A stretch of DNA of 64,000 nucleotides from Acidobacteriota bacterium (GTDB lineage Bacteria > Acidobacteriota > UBA890 > WLXD01): contig CBDFKD010000002.1 in assembly GCA_965248695.1 (NCBI GenBank), forward strand, positions 2,720,001 to 2,784,000, written 5' to 3'. The notes under the pieces are model-generated. The model made no database searches. It was not told where the DNA came from and was given only the letters and a program-made list of their open reading frames with translations. Below, piece after piece: positions 52,421 to 62,185 of the stretch; position 1 is the stretch's first letter, and every line of letters starts with the position of its first letter. A program made the position numbers and the translations under genes.

Positions 52421-52433
52421 CTCAGCTCTCCGG

Positions 52434-53549
52434 CTACAGGGTGCCGCTCACCAGCAGCAGCGACAATGGCACCAAGAAGAAGACCACGATGATGTACGCG
52501 GCTGCCAGCAGCCGGTTGCGACTCCCCAGGCGTCCCATGGAGCGCGCCATCATCAGCGGGATTTGCCGTATGGGCGGCGGCACGAAGATCAGCAACGTCG
52601 CCGTGATGTTGAACATGACATGCGCGAACGCGACCGTCACGGCAGCGGGGTTCCCGGTGGCGAGCGCCGCCAGCATGGCGGTGATCGTCGTACCGAGATT
52701 GGCGCCGATGGTAAGCGGGAACATTTGCTCCAGTGTGACGATGCCTGCCCCGACCAGCGGAATCATCACCGATGTCGTGATCGAGCTGCTCTGCACCATC
52801 ACGGTCATTATCGCGCCGGCGACCACGGAAGCCACCGTGGAGCGCAATAGCGTCGCGTGCAGAACACGCTCGGCGCGCGCTGACATGATCGCCTTCAACA
52901 CGTCGACCAGGAACTTCAGGCAGGCCATCAACAGGGCAATACCGATGATCAGCGCGACCACCCCTGAGTCACCGACCAGGCTGACGACGCCTTCGGCTAC
53001 CGGACGCACGATGGCACGTAGCGGATCGAACAGGTTGATTCCGGCGGTTCCCGCGAGGCCCTGCTCGAGCGCCTCGGCGACCCGGGCCAGGTAGCCCGTG
53101 GCGATCTCGATGGGCAGCATGACTCCCACGGCGAGCAGGTTGAAGAAGTCGTGCACGGTGGCGCCGGCGAACGCCCGCTCGAACTCTTCGCGCCGGGTAA
53201 CGTGGGCCAGCGAAACCAACGTGTTGGTAACCGAGGTACCGACGTTGGCCCCCATGATGATCGGGATGGCGCCCTCCACGGTGAGGGCGCCGGCGGCCAC
53301 CAGCCCCACGGTCATCGACGTCGTCGTCGATGAGCTCTGCACCAAGCTGGTGGCCAAGATGCCAACGAAAAGCCCGACCAGCGGGTTGGCAGTCTGCTCG
53401 ATGAGCATCTCGGCGAAGCCGCGCCCGAACAACTTGAAGGCCAGGCCCATGAGGTCGAGCCCGACGAAGAAGCCGTACAGCAGCGCCAGCAACGCCAACA
53501 GCCGCAGGAGCCCGCCCCAGCGAATGTCAGGAGAGGTGCTAGCGGACAT
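52434..53549 (-). CDS. Na+/Pi cotransporter (NptA family)
   Basis: Duplicated QSSS..GAN(V/L)GT motifs, ATVHDFFN. Confidence 0.92.
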   Translation of the reverse strand: MSASTSPDIRWGGLLRLLALLALLYGFFVGLDLMGLAFKLFGRGFAEMLIEQTANPLVGLFVGILATSLVQSSSTTTSMTVGLVAAGALTVEGAIPIIMGANVGTSVTNTLVSLAHVTRREEFERAFAGATVHDFFNLLAVGVMLPIEIATGYLARVAEALEQGLAGTAGINLFDPLRAIVRPVAEGVVSLVGDSGVVALIIGIALLMACLKFLVDVLKAIMSARAERVLHATLLRSTVASVVAGAIMTVMVQSSSITTSVMIPLVGAGIVTLEQMFPLTIGANLGTTITAMLAALATGNPAAVTVAFAHVMFNITATLLIFVPPPIRQIPLMMARSMGRLGSRNRLLAAAYIIVVFFLVPLSLLLVSGTL

Positions 53550-53793
53550 CGGCGGCAGGAGGGTCGTGGATCATCAACCCGCGAAGAAGAGGCAAAACGC
53601 CGAGCACAGGAGGCTCCGAGAACGCCTGAATCAGGTCGTCGGTTGGAATCTACCCCTAGCTGTCGGTCGGCGCAAATCCAGGCCATGGCGGCCCTCTCGC
53701 AACCAATAGAGAGGGTACGATCTGATGCTCGTGACCTGCACCAAGCTCGATCAAGCTTGACGATGCGACGGTGCGGGGACGCGCTCGACGTAG

Positions 53794-54064
53794 CAGGCCG
53801 TGGTGAAAGTGTGGTGGGTCTGGTTACGGCGAGTTGGGGCCAGCTGCAAGGCGGCCTGACGCACACGATGCCCTAGCCATCGTCGAGGAAAGCCAACGCC
53901 GCAGATGGCCCCAAATCGCCGTAACCCTTCGGGCGACTGGGGGTTGCGCGCGCATGCTGCGTCGTTTGTCGTCAACGATGGGATTACCATCGCCTCCTCC
54001 TCTCTCCTGGCCTGCGCCTCGCAAAACCCTGTCGCCAGACCCACCACACTTTCACCACGGCCTG
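53794..54064. mobile_element. Longer copy of the CAGGCCGTGGTGAAAG MITE
   Basis: Same TIRs and shared internal sequence with 47818-47981; flanks GCTCGACGTAG / CTGCGTCGAGC form a palindrome. Confidence 0.85.
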
Positions 54065-54084
54065 CTGCGTCGAGCACACCCTGT

Positions 54085-54615
54085 ATGTCCGCACTACACG
54101 CTACCGACGACACTCCGCTTCGCCGGTTGTTCGGCTTTGCGCGACCCTATCGACGCGACGCCTATCTGGCTACAGCGTTCTCGCTGCTCAACAAGTTCTT
54201 CGACGTGCTCCCCGAGCTTCTGATCGGGGTCGCCGTGGACGTGGTGGTGAACCAGCGCGACTCGTTCCTCGCCCGGCAGGGCATCGCCGACCCGACCCAG
54301 CAACTGGTAGCGCTCACGGCAATCACGGTGTTCGTTTGGGTGTGCGAGTCGTACTTCGAGTACCTGTACGCGCTCAAGTGGCGCGGGCTTGCCCAGGACC
54401 TACAGCACGCGCTGCGCCAGGCCGCCTACTCCCACATCCAGCGATTGCCGCCGGGGTTCATCGAGCGCGAGCGTAGCGGCCGGCTGATGGCGCTGCTGAA
54501 CGAGGACGTCAACCAGGTCGAGCGCTTTCTCAACACCGGAGCCAACAACCTGATCCAGGTATTCTTCTCGTCGCTACTCGTGGGCGCGGTGTTCTTCGCG
54601 GTCACCGCGAGCGCT
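54085..54615 (+). pseudogene. ABC transporter (permease/ATPase) N-terminal part, truncated by the phage block
   Basis: LLNKFFDVLPELLIGVAVD, LQHALR..YSHIQ, GRLMALLNEDVNQVERFL. Confidence 0.85.
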
Positions 54616-54619
54616 TACT

Positions 54620-55717
54620 CTACTTGGGATATTCTGAATGTGGTACCGATTTTATACCATTTCGGGCATCATCGCCATGCAAAACAGCTCCCCATTGCGC
54701 CGACGATTCCCGGATCAGGCGGTCGTCATCGTGCACGTACAGCATCGTCGTCTTGATGTCCGAGTGCCCCATCGCACGCTGCGTTCCCACGAGGTCTCGG
54801 TACGCCATGAACGTCCCGTACGTGTGCCGGAACGTGTGGATCGTAATGTCCTCGGGCAAGCCCAGACGTTCTCGATCCTGCTGCCAAAGCCCCTGCACCC
54901 TTCGCGTCCTCCACGGCATCAACCGGGAATCGCCCCGCGCCCTCGCGTCGGCCACGAGCTTCCGAAAGTGTGACACCGCATCGTGACCGTGGATTGGCAC
55001 GATGCGCTCCTTGGACCCCTTGCCCACGACGACCAGATGCGGCGCCGGAGTGTCGAGCTTCACGCTGTCGGTCGGCAGCTCGGCGAGCTCGGAAGCCCGA
55101 AGCCCGGTGAGCAAGTACGTGAACCACACATCACGGTAGCGTGCTTCATGGAGCACCCTGTGGCGCTCCTGGTCGGTTAGCGACCGGCGCTCGCTTGACG
55201 GTGCCGGTGGCACGAGGCCTTGGACTGGATTGGAGTCGAACAGCCGCAGCTTTAAGCCCCAGCTGAATGCGCTCTTGAGAGCTGTCATGTAGTTATGCGC
55301 CGTGTTCGGCGCGTACCTCGTGACGAGGTACTGGCGATACTCCTCGATCGCCCCCGGCGTCACCTGGTCCATGTAATCAACGCCGATGCTCCGCGTGAAC
55401 GGCAGGAACACCTTCGCCAACGCGAAGCCGTAGTGCCGAACGGTGGTGGGGGCCAGGTGCGAGCGGTCACAGGATCTAAGGTATCTCTCGATGTAGCCGG
55501 AGACCGCAGCCTCGGGGGAAGCGAGTTTGCGGCCCGTCCTCTGGGCGATCACTAGGTCCTGGCACCAAGACAGGGCTTCGGCCCGGCTCTCGAACCGGCG
55601 GCGATTCGGCTCCCCCAGAGCCTTCATCGTCTCGCCCCACGGGCGACAATCTACTTCCCATTTCCGCCGGCCGCGGTGTCGGCACTGTCTCGGCACGGGA
55701 TTGAAGGGTTTGGTCAC
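54620..55717 (-). CDS. int: Phage tyrosine integrase
   Basis: TGLRASEL, GKGSKER, HTFRH, MGHSDIKTTMLY. Confidence 0.93.
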   Translation of the reverse strand: MTKPFNPVPRQCRHRGRRKWEVDCRPWGETMKALGEPNRRRFESRAEALSWCQDLVIAQRTGRKLASPEAAVSGYIERYLRSCDRSHLAPTTVRHYGFALAKVFLPFTRSIGVDYMDQVTPGAIEEYRQYLVTRYAPNTAHNYMTALKSAFSWGLKLRLFDSNPVQGLVPPAPSSERRSLTDQERHRVLHEARYRDVWFTYLLTGLRASELAELPTDSVKLDTPAPHLVVVGKGSKERIVPIHGHDAVSHFRKLVADARARGDSRLMPWRTRRVQGLWQQDRERLGLPEDITIHTFRHTYGTFMAYRDLVGTQRAMGHSDIKTTMLYVHDDDRLIRESSAQWGAVLHGDDARNGIKSVPHSEYPK

Positions 55718-55880
55718 GCACCCACCTCCGTAGGAGCTCGGGATCGAATCTCACCTGCCGGCCGATCCTACAGCATGGGATCATGCCGTCTCGGGCGTGC
55801 TGGCGGACGGTCTCCGGCGTGAGGCGCAGATACTCTCCGGCGTCTTCGGCCGTCCAGAGCAGGCGCGCCGGCTCGGTCAC
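55476..55880 (-). CDS. Excisionase-like HTH protein overlapping the int start
   Basis: LWTAEDAGEYLRLTPETVR..IPCCRIGRQVRFD. Confidence 0.8.
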   Translation of the reverse strand: MTEPARLLWTAEDAGEYLRLTPETVRQHARDGMIPCCRIGRQVRFDPELLRRWVRDQTLQSRAETVPTPRPAEMGSRLSPVGRDDEGSGGAESPPVREPGRSPVLVPGPSDRPEDGPQTRFPRGCGLRLHREIP

Positions 55881-56287
55881 TTGCTGCGCCTCGCCCGAAG
55901 CGTCTCGATATGGACCGTCTTGAGCAAGCTGTCGAACTCCTCGCGGTGCCGCGCCACGAGTGTTCCGATGGCGCGAAACTCCGTCGCCAGCTCCTCGCGC
56001 CTCGCCGTCGGTCGCCAGGTGCCGCAGCGCTTGATCTCCCGATACACGGCGCTTACCGCGTCCCCAGAAAGGTTACAGAACTCCTGTCGTCGCTCATGAG
56101 CTTCCGGCCTTTCCCAGCACGTCATGCAGGTCGTCAACGCGGCGCGCTTCTGACCCTGTAGCTGCAGCTTCTTGGCGAACTGCTCGTACCTCAGCGCCGT
56201 TGCAACATCACGGCCGCATTCGGTAATGCTCGCGGCGGCGCGCCACGGCAGCTGCGCTCGGAGAATATGGTCAAGTTGCTCGGTCAC
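55877..56287 (-). CDS. Phage hypothetical protein (Cys-containing)
   Basis: HILR..TECGR..TCMTCW; GTGA-coupled. Confidence 0.65.
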   Translation of the reverse strand: MTEQLDHILRAQLPWRAAASITECGRDVATALRYEQFAKKLQLQGQKRAALTTCMTCWERPEAHERRQEFCNLSGDAVSAVYREIKRCGTWRPTARREELATEFRAIGTLVARHREEFDSLLKTVHIETLRARRSK

Positions 56288-56396
56288 TTGCTGGCGCTCT
56301 CGGTGTCCTGCCAGGTTGGCTCCGCGCGCCAGGGTGCCGCTTCAATCTCCTCGGCGCGTTGGATGGCGGCGTCGCGCTCGCGTTGGGCGTAGCGGC

Positions 56397-56915
56397 TCAC
56401 GGTGTCGCCTCGGTTGGCCGCACCGCCTGTAGCGGGATCAGCTCCGCGTCGAACAGTTGGACGAACAGCTCCGCCTGACGTGACCACGGCTCGGGTATGT
56501 CATGGAAGTCCTTGGCATCGAACGCCGCGTGCATCGGACAGTTGTCCCAGGTGTGGCAGTTCCAGACCTCGGGCGTGGCCACCGCTTCCAGAGGCTTGCC
56601 GCCGGCCGTCAGAAGTGCCGGTAGATCCGCCAAGTACTCCGGCCACGTCTGCCCCGTTGGCAGAACTGTGTTGTTCGACAGGCCGGCGAGCTGGAGGCTG
56701 GCACCCTGGAGGTTGGCTCCCTGAAGGTCGGCTCCCCGGAGGTTGGCTCCCCAAAGGTTGGCTTCCGACAGGTCGGCTCCCCGCAGATCGGCACACTGGA
56801 GGTCGGCATCCCTAAGCTTGGCTCCCTGGAGGTTGGCTCCCCGGAGGACGGCATCCCGGAGATCGGCACCCCGAAGGTCCGCACCCGGCCCTATCTCGTA
56901 CCCGTTGACTGTCAC
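56397..56915 (-). CDS. Pentapeptide-repeat protein with Cys/His C-terminal domain
   Basis: Run of A(D/N)LxG-type pentapeptides, then [12 protein letters not shown]. Confidence 0.85.
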   Translation of the reverse strand: MTVNGYEIGPGADLRGADLRDAVLRGANLQGAKLRDADLQCADLRGADLSEANLWGANLRGADLQGANLQGASLQLAGLSNNTVLPTGQTWPEYLADLPALLTAGGKPLEAVATPEVWNCHTWDNCPMHAAFDAKDFHDIPEPWSRQAELFVQLFDAELIPLQAVRPTEATP

Positions 56916-57139
56916 GACGCCCTCCGCGTTGTCTGATTCAGACTCGCCCCGATCCGCACCACGAGCACTTCGCACAACGCCCGCTCGCTCGGGTGCAGCC
57001 GCCGTCTCTGCCTCGTTGCAATCGAGTCCAGGACCTCCAGCTCCCATTCCGTGAAACGCCGGTGGCTCGCATCCAGCAGAAGCTCGATCAGCTCGCCGTC
57101 GGGTAGCTCGGCGAGATCGAGGCTCGGTCGTTCGCTCAC
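56912..57139 (-). CDS. Phage hypothetical protein
   Basis: GGAGG RBS, GTGA coupling. Confidence 0.55.
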   Translation of the reverse strand: MSERPSLDLAELPDGELIELLLDASHRRFTEWELEVLDSIATRQRRRLHPSERALCEVLVVRIGASLNQTTRRAS

Positions 57140-57849
57140 GATGCCTCCTTCACGCCGGCTTGCCCCAGCGTTCGATAGTCGGGCGTTGCGAACACGACCT
57201 CCTGGCACGTCTCGCTGAGCCGTCCCGCGACACGCTCTCCGACGTGACGGGCTCGATCTCGCTGATTCAGGTTCGTGGTCACGATCGTCGCGCGCATCTC
57301 GTCGTAGCGCTGTGTGAGCACGTACACCAGCTGCTCCACGGCCCAGTCCGTCTCGCGAATCGCCCCCAGGTCATCGAGCACCAGAACGTCGGCGCCGACG
57401 ACGCGATCCAGCATGTCGCCGACACGCACGCCCTCAGCCTCGATGGCGTCCTTGAGCTCTTGGATCAGGCGCGCTGCGCGCACAAAACGACCGCGCAGGA
57501 CATGGGCGGATCGCAGCGCTCGGAGGGTCGCGACGGCCAAGTGTGTCTTGCCCGTGCCGGACGGCCCGGACAGCAGCAAGCCCCGCCCCGATGGCTCGAA
57601 GCGTTCAACGAACTGCTGGCACTCGGCCAGAGCCTCGGCGGTGTTTCCGCCGCCTGGCTGGAACGTCTGAAACGACGAGCTCAGGAACCGCGCCGGCACG
57701 CCGCGGGAGGCTAGCACGGCCTTCGGCGACAGCTTGCAGGCGCAGCGCGCCATACCATCTTGCGGCGTCTCCACCCAGCCGACCCCGTTGCACGCCGGAC
57801 AGGCTGGCTGCGTCGCTGGGCTTGTGGTTCCGGTTGCGGTTTCGATCAT
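57136..57849 (-). CDS. DnaC/IstB-like helicase loader
   Basis: [29 protein letters not shown]. Confidence 0.9.
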   Translation of the reverse strand: MIETATGTTSPATQPACPACNGVGWVETPQDGMARCACKLSPKAVLASRGVPARFLSSSFQTFQPGGGNTAEALAECQQFVERFEPSGRGLLLSGPSGTGKTHLAVATLRALRSAHVLRGRFVRAARLIQELKDAIEAEGVRVGDMLDRVVGADVLVLDDLGAIRETDWAVEQLVYVLTQRYDEMRATIVTTNLNQRDRARHVGERVAGRLSETCQEVVFATPDYRTLGQAGVKEAS

Positions 57850-57908
57850 GTTTTCCGGTCGGTGGCGGTCGTCACGTGGGGGCGGTTGGCATGCGGTCTG
57901 GCGGCTAG

Positions 57909-58952
57909 CTACGGCGGCTTGTTGGCCTCTTGGCGGATCGCCTTGATGGCATCCCAGTCGGGCTGCTGTCCGGCATCGAGCGCCGCGTTGGCCTGCCGAC
58001 GCCACTGCTTCTCGCGCTTGACCCGGAGTGCCTCAGCCTCCCAGTCCGTCTCGCTGGGCGCGGCCGGCCCGCTGCCGGTTTGGATCTTCGGTGGCGGATG
58101 CACGGCGTTCCAGGTTGCCGCGTTGAACACGGCCTGCGGCGAGCCCACGTGCCGGCCCGAGACGGCAACGTGCTCGATAACCGCGAGCGCTTCCTGGACC
58201 GTGCCGCCGGCCTCAAAGCGCTCTTGCAGGTACCGGGTGCCGGAGCCGGGAGTCGCAGTGCGGCAGAAGCGATCGTTGAAGACGGCCAGCACTTCCAGCA
58301 TCGCCTCGTCGTGCTCGCCCTGGCCGGCGGGCGGTGGCTTGCCGGTGGTGGCGGTGGTGGTGGCGGTGGTGGTGGCGGCGGCGGTCGGGTCGCGCCCCGA
58401 CCCTGCATTCGAGCACCGAGGTTTCTGACCACCACCACTTGGTGGTTCTGGTTCTGGTTGTGAAGGTGAAGGTGAAGGTGAAGGTGAAGGTGGTTGGCAT
58501 GTTTTTGCCATTGGCAAATGCATGGTTTTGCCATAGCTTTTGCCATAGCTTTTGCCATAGCTTTTGCCATAGCTTTTGCCATGGCTTTTGCCATCACTTT
58601 CGCCGTTCTTTTGCCATCGAGACTCTGCGCCTTTCTTGCCGTACTCCGCACGCTTCCGGCGTAGCTCCTTGGCTCGTTCAAGCTCTTTCGTGATCCGGGT
58701 ATGCGTCAGGCAGCCATCGATCTCCGTGAAGTAGCCGGAGATTCCGGGCCACAACGACTTCCACTCCTCAATAGACACGCCGAGCATGCGGGCCAACCGC
58801 GCCGAATCGGCGGATATCGCTCCGTCCTTTGCCCAGAGATTCCAGAGCAACAGCGTGTACGCACCGTGCTCTTGGAGCGTCAGGTCCATCGTGTCCGCGA
58901 GGTAGTCGCTCACGTAGAACGGCATGAACGCCTTCACCCCCCTACCACTCAT
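57909..58952 (-). CDS. Phage replication initiator (DUF1376/YdaU)
   Basis: FMPFYVSDYLADT..LTLQEHGAYTLLL; GKKGAESRW; internal repeats. Confidence 0.85.
   Translation of the reverse strand: MSGRGVKAFMPFYVSDYLADTMDLTLQEHGAYTLLLWNLWAKDGAISADSARLARMLGVSIEEWKSLWPGISGYFTEIDGCLTHTRITKELERAKELRRKRAEYGKKGAESRWQKNGESDGKSHGKSYGKSYGKSYGKSYGKTMHLPMAKTCQPPSPSPSPSPSQPEPEPPSGGGQKPRCSNAGSGRDPTAAATTTATTTATTGKPPPAGQGEHDEAMLEVLAVFNDRFCRTATPGSGTRYLQERFEAGGTVQEALAVIEHVAVSGRHVGSPQAVFNAATWNAVHPPPKIQTGSGPAAPSETDWEAEALRVKREKQWRRQANAALDAGQQPDWDAIKAIRQEANKPP
58503..58618. repeat. 12-bp iteron-like array (CTTTTGCCATAG) inside the initiator gene, probable phage origin
   Basis: Six tandem units at ~58525-58596 plus degenerate copies and palindrome TTTGCCATTGGCAAA. 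Confidence 0.8.
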
Positions 58953-59208
58953 TGCTCACCTCGCTCGGCAACCACGGCACCCCCCGCTCCCAGAGCGCCG
59001 CTAGCTGCTCGGTGTCGCGAGCGGCATAGGCGCGCACCAGCTGTGTCAGCAGTGCCGCGTCCATGCCGAACACGTTGTCGCGCATGTACCAAGCCGGTGC
59101 TCCGCCGTAGGCAGTGACCTCAGCAGACTTGCCCCGTACGGACAGCACGCGTTTCACCGCGGCTTTCCCATCCGCCTCCCGGCACAGCACCAGTGGGTGC
59201 CCTTTCAC
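58942..59208 (-). CDS. Phage hypothetical protein
   Basis: Coupled ORF in the early operon. Confidence 0.5.
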   Translation of the reverse strand: MKGHPLVLCREADGKAAVKRVLSVRGKSAEVTAYGGAPAWYMRDNVFGMDAALLTQLVRAYAARDTEQLAALWERGVPWLPSEVSNEW

Positions 59209-59726
59209 GCGGCCACCCCCGGTCCATCCCGCCCTACCAACGGTCCCAGCGCTTGGCGCGACAGCCACACGAGCGCGAGCGCCAGTGCGGCCCACTCGTC
59301 AGCGACGAGACCGTACAGCGGCCCCGGCGATGCCTTGGTGCCCACAGCCTCCTTACGAGAGCCGCCGTACAGATCCATCAGTGCCGCCCGCACGTTGGCA
59401 TCCTTGGCGCGTGCGCTACGGCACAGTGCTGTCTTGACCTGCACACGGCTCAGCAGATCGAACGGAACCGAGCGCTGGCGGCAGACTCCTCGGATCTCGC
59501 CGATGTTCTTGACGGTGTCGAACACCTCACGTCCGACCGGCATTCCGTAGGAGACAACGTCCTCAACGACGACTTGTTGCGTCGTGGTCTCATCGACACC
59601 GTTGATCGCTTGTTTCAGGTGCCCCATCGGGCAGTTGCGCTCATGCGCGCGCACCTCGCCGCACTCGTCGCACAACACCCACGAGCCACCCTGTGGATCG
59701 GGGTCGATCGCTAGGACAACCTGCAC
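59205..59726 (-). CDS. RuvC-like Holliday junction resolvase (phage type)
   Basis: VLAIDP, VVVED, SYGMPVGREVFDT, DEWAALA. Confidence 0.75.
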   Translation of the reverse strand: MQVVLAIDPDPQGGSWVLCDECGEVRAHERNCPMGHLKQAINGVDETTTQQVVVEDVVSYGMPVGREVFDTVKNIGEIRGVCRQRSVPFDLLSRVQVKTALCRSARAKDANVRAALMDLYGGSRKEAVGTKASPGPLYGLVADEWAALALALVWLSRQALGPLVGRDGPGVAA

Positions 59727-59748
59727 CGTTACGCCGCCTCGTTGACCG

Positions 59749-60357
59749 TCATCTTTGTCTCTCCAGTGGTCCAGCTTCGTAGAAGGGCACGTCGGCGGCG
59801 GTGATCGGCGGCGGCTCGTTGTCCGCCGGTGGCGGTGGTCCTGCCGCGGGGGCCGCCCCAGGCGAGGCCACCGGTGGCGGTTGTTGTCCCGCCGCCGCTG
59901 CAGCCGCCCGCAGCATCGATCCGTATCGTGCCTGTAATCCGTTCACTGTCTCCTCGGAAGCCCCCGAGCGCGGCTCGTATTCCTCCGGGTTCATCCACGT
60001 GGCCCGGTACTGCGTGCGCCCTTCGTACGTCTCCCCCTTCACCGTGATCTGCACCACCACGTTGGGCGGCGGACCACCGAACACGTCGCGCAGATCGCCA
60101 CTCCAGCCCAGCGAGGCCGCCAACTGCTCCACGGGCCCGGCGTTGAGCCTTCCATCCCGCCTCACCACCCACCAAGAGCCGTAACAGGTGTGCGGCTCGT
60201 ACTGTGCCCAGTCGTGCCACTGGCCAGAGCCGTCCCATTCCGACAGGATCTCCAACTGCAACGACACCGCTGCCGCTTGAGACTCCTTGGCATCCTGTAC
60301 GTTCCAGCTCACCGGACGGGCCTTGAAGATGCCCTCGCGATCTAGTTGTTGACTCAT
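59749..60357 (-). CDS. Putative phage ssDNA-binding protein
   Basis: Follows the Sak4-like gene; OB-like body, Pro/Ala linker, DVPF tail. Confidence 0.65.
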   Translation of the reverse strand: MSQQLDREGIFKARPVSWNVQDAKESQAAAVSLQLEILSEWDGSGQWHDWAQYEPHTCYGSWWVVRRDGRLNAGPVEQLAASLGWSGDLRDVFGGPPPNVVVQITVKGETYEGRTQYRATWMNPEEYEPRSGASEETVNGLQARYGSMLRAAAAAAGQQPPPVASPGAAPAAGPPPPADNEPPPITAADVPFYEAGPLERQR

Positions 60358-61181
60358 TACTTGCCTCCGAAAATCTGATCCCACACCGCGCCGTCTTGCG
60401 CCGAGGTGTAGGGCATGGGCTCGGGCAGAAGCGTGCGCGACTTGGCCACATGCGTAGGCATCTCCGCCGGGTAAATGCTGCGGGTGCCCGCGCCGATCCC
60501 CTTGCCATCCTGCGCCATTACGTCGTAGCTCAAGAACAGGACGTGGTCGGCCCACTGAAACACCTCGTCGCGGATCGAGCCCTTGCCCGAGCGGGGCTTT
60601 TGCAGATGCGGCTCGTACCGGATCCAGTCCTCGCCCGCGGGGTTGGGCACGTTCTCGATGCAATTGTGGGCAATGAGAATCACGTTGCGCCCAGCGCGTA
60701 CCTGCCGGTCCAAATCCGCCAGCAGCAACAGATACGTCTCATATACGTGCTGGTAGCCCTTGCCAAAGCCGTACTCCTCGATACGGCTCACACTTCGGCC
60801 CTTTTCGTGCTTCACGGTGGCGAGCGTATGGGCCACCGCCAACCTCTCGACTCTGGTGGCGGAGTCGATGATGACCGTGCCCGCACCCTCCAGCGCATCG
60901 GAATGCAGGCAGGCACGTAGCGCACTGAAGGATCCCAATTGTTCTTGGTGGATACCTTCCACGTCGTCCAAGTGCCAGGCACCCCCTTCTACGTCCAGCA
61001 CCACGGCCCCTGGAGCCAGCGATGCCAGTGTCGTCTTGCCGATGCCTCCCGTGCCGTACAGCAAGACGCGCTGCGGTTTGTCGCGTCGGGTGATGGCCCT
61101 GGCGAACTTGTCTGGGGCTTCAGGGACCGGCTGCGGTCCTGTCGTTGCCGCCGGTGGCGGTAGCGGTTGCGTGGCTTTCAT
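60357..61181 (-). CDS. Sak4-like AAA_24 recombinase
   Basis: LYGTGGIGKTT, LDVEGG, IIDSA, YGFGKGY, ILIAH, AKSR. Confidence 0.85.
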   Translation of the reverse strand: MKATQPLPPPAATTGPQPVPEAPDKFARAITRRDKPQRVLLYGTGGIGKTTLASLAPGAVVLDVEGGAWHLDDVEGIHQEQLGSFSALRACLHSDALEGAGTVIIDSATRVERLAVAHTLATVKHEKGRSVSRIEEYGFGKGYQHVYETYLLLLADLDRQVRAGRNVILIAHNCIENVPNPAGEDWIRYEPHLQKPRSGKGSIRDEVFQWADHVLFLSYDVMAQDGKGIGAGTRSIYPAEMPTHVAKSRTLLPEPMPYTSAQDGAVWDQIFGGK

Positions 61182-62185
61182 GCCCTTACCTCCTGAGGTT
61201 GCCCACTAGCCTGGGCGTGGCGTGTCGGGCTAACTCCCGACTCAGCAAGCTCCGGGTGAACGTCATCCACCCGGACAAATCCGGAAGGAGTCACCTCCTC
61301 CAGGTCACGGTTGGTGCAGATCGGCAAGTACCGGCACGACCCAAAGTTGGAGAAGCACGCCCCGGGATTCCGGTACCAGTGGCCAGCCTTCTGAGCAGCG
61401 CGCATCGCTAGCTGCTGCTGCCATAGCTCGGCAGCGCATTCTTCGAGGTCCTGGTCTAGGCGTGCTATCTCGATGCGCGTGAAGTAGTGCTCGGGGCGCT
61501 TGTCGATGGCCTCGGCGACGCGCATCGCGTACTCCGCTGGCGTCTCGTCCCTGTCGCGCTGCTTCGCGTACAGCTGTCCGTTGCCCTTGTACTTGCGCTT
61601 GTCCTCGGGTGTCGCCTTCAACGGCCGTAGGCCCGGCCGTCGCGTCACGTCGTACAGGATCGTGTCGATATCAAAGCCCAACTCGCGTGCAGCCAACATG
61701 TAGATTGACAACTGCTGGTCCAGATGCAGCCGTGTCCAGTAGTCCGATCCCGGGCTAAAGTCCTGCGATGTGGTTTTGCTCTCCTTGAGTGCCAGACGAC
61801 CGTCCGGCAGCCGCACCATGCGATCGATCACCCCTGCGATGTCCCACACCGAAGTGGGAGCGCCCGTCTCAGGGTTGCGCAGCGGCAGATTGAATTCGTA
61901 CTCCGACTCCACGCTCTCCAGCTGGTGGTCGGCCCATCGCAGTTGGTAGGCGTTGACCATCGCGGCCACCAGGGCGAGGTCGTACGGATCCTCTACAGCC
62001 GCCTCCATTACGGCATCCAGATCACCACCCTTGTTGATCGTGTCCAGGGCCAGGTGGAACGCTGAGCCAACGCGCAGTGCCAGCGAGTCGCTGTCGGGCA
62101 CCAGGCCGAGCTCGTAGCGGATGTAGTGCTTGTGCGGGCAGGACCGAAAGGTGGCCAGACGCGAGTGCGTTAACGTCTGCTTCAT
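61178..62185 (-). CDS. PD-(D/E)XK (Cas4/RecB-like) exonuclease
   Basis: SCPHKHY, GSAFH, AGVIDR, ESKTTS, QLSIY, C..C..C. Confidence 0.85.
   Translation of the reverse strand: MKQTLTHSRLATFRSCPHKHYIRYELGLVPDSDSLALRVGSAFHLALDTINKGGDLDAVMEAAVEDPYDLALVAAMVNAYQLRWADHQLESVESEYEFNLPLRNPETGAPTSVWDIAGVIDRMVRLPDGRLALKESKTTSQDFSPGSDYWTRLHLDQQLSIYMLAARELGFDIDTILYDVTRRPGLRPLKATPEDKRKYKGNGQLYAKQRDRDETPAEYAMRVAEAIDKRPEHYFTRIEIARLDQDLEECAAELWQQQLAMRAAQKAGHWYRNPGACFSNFGSCRYLPICTNRDLEEVTPSGFVRVDDVHPELAESGVSPTRHAQASGQPQEVRA

Noticed and set aside
34681-56650. Near-identical repeat pair as a DGR template/variable region
   Set aside because: Differences are few and not adenine-specific, both copies are coding, and no reverse transcriptase is in the window
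57136-57849. IS21 IstB gene
   Set aside because: No istA or IS ends; the zinc-binding N-terminus and position after the initiator indicate a phage DnaC-like loader
61178-62185. Cas4 as evidence of a CRISPR-Cas system
   Set aside because: Sits in a standard phage exonuclease-Sak4-SSB recombination module with no array
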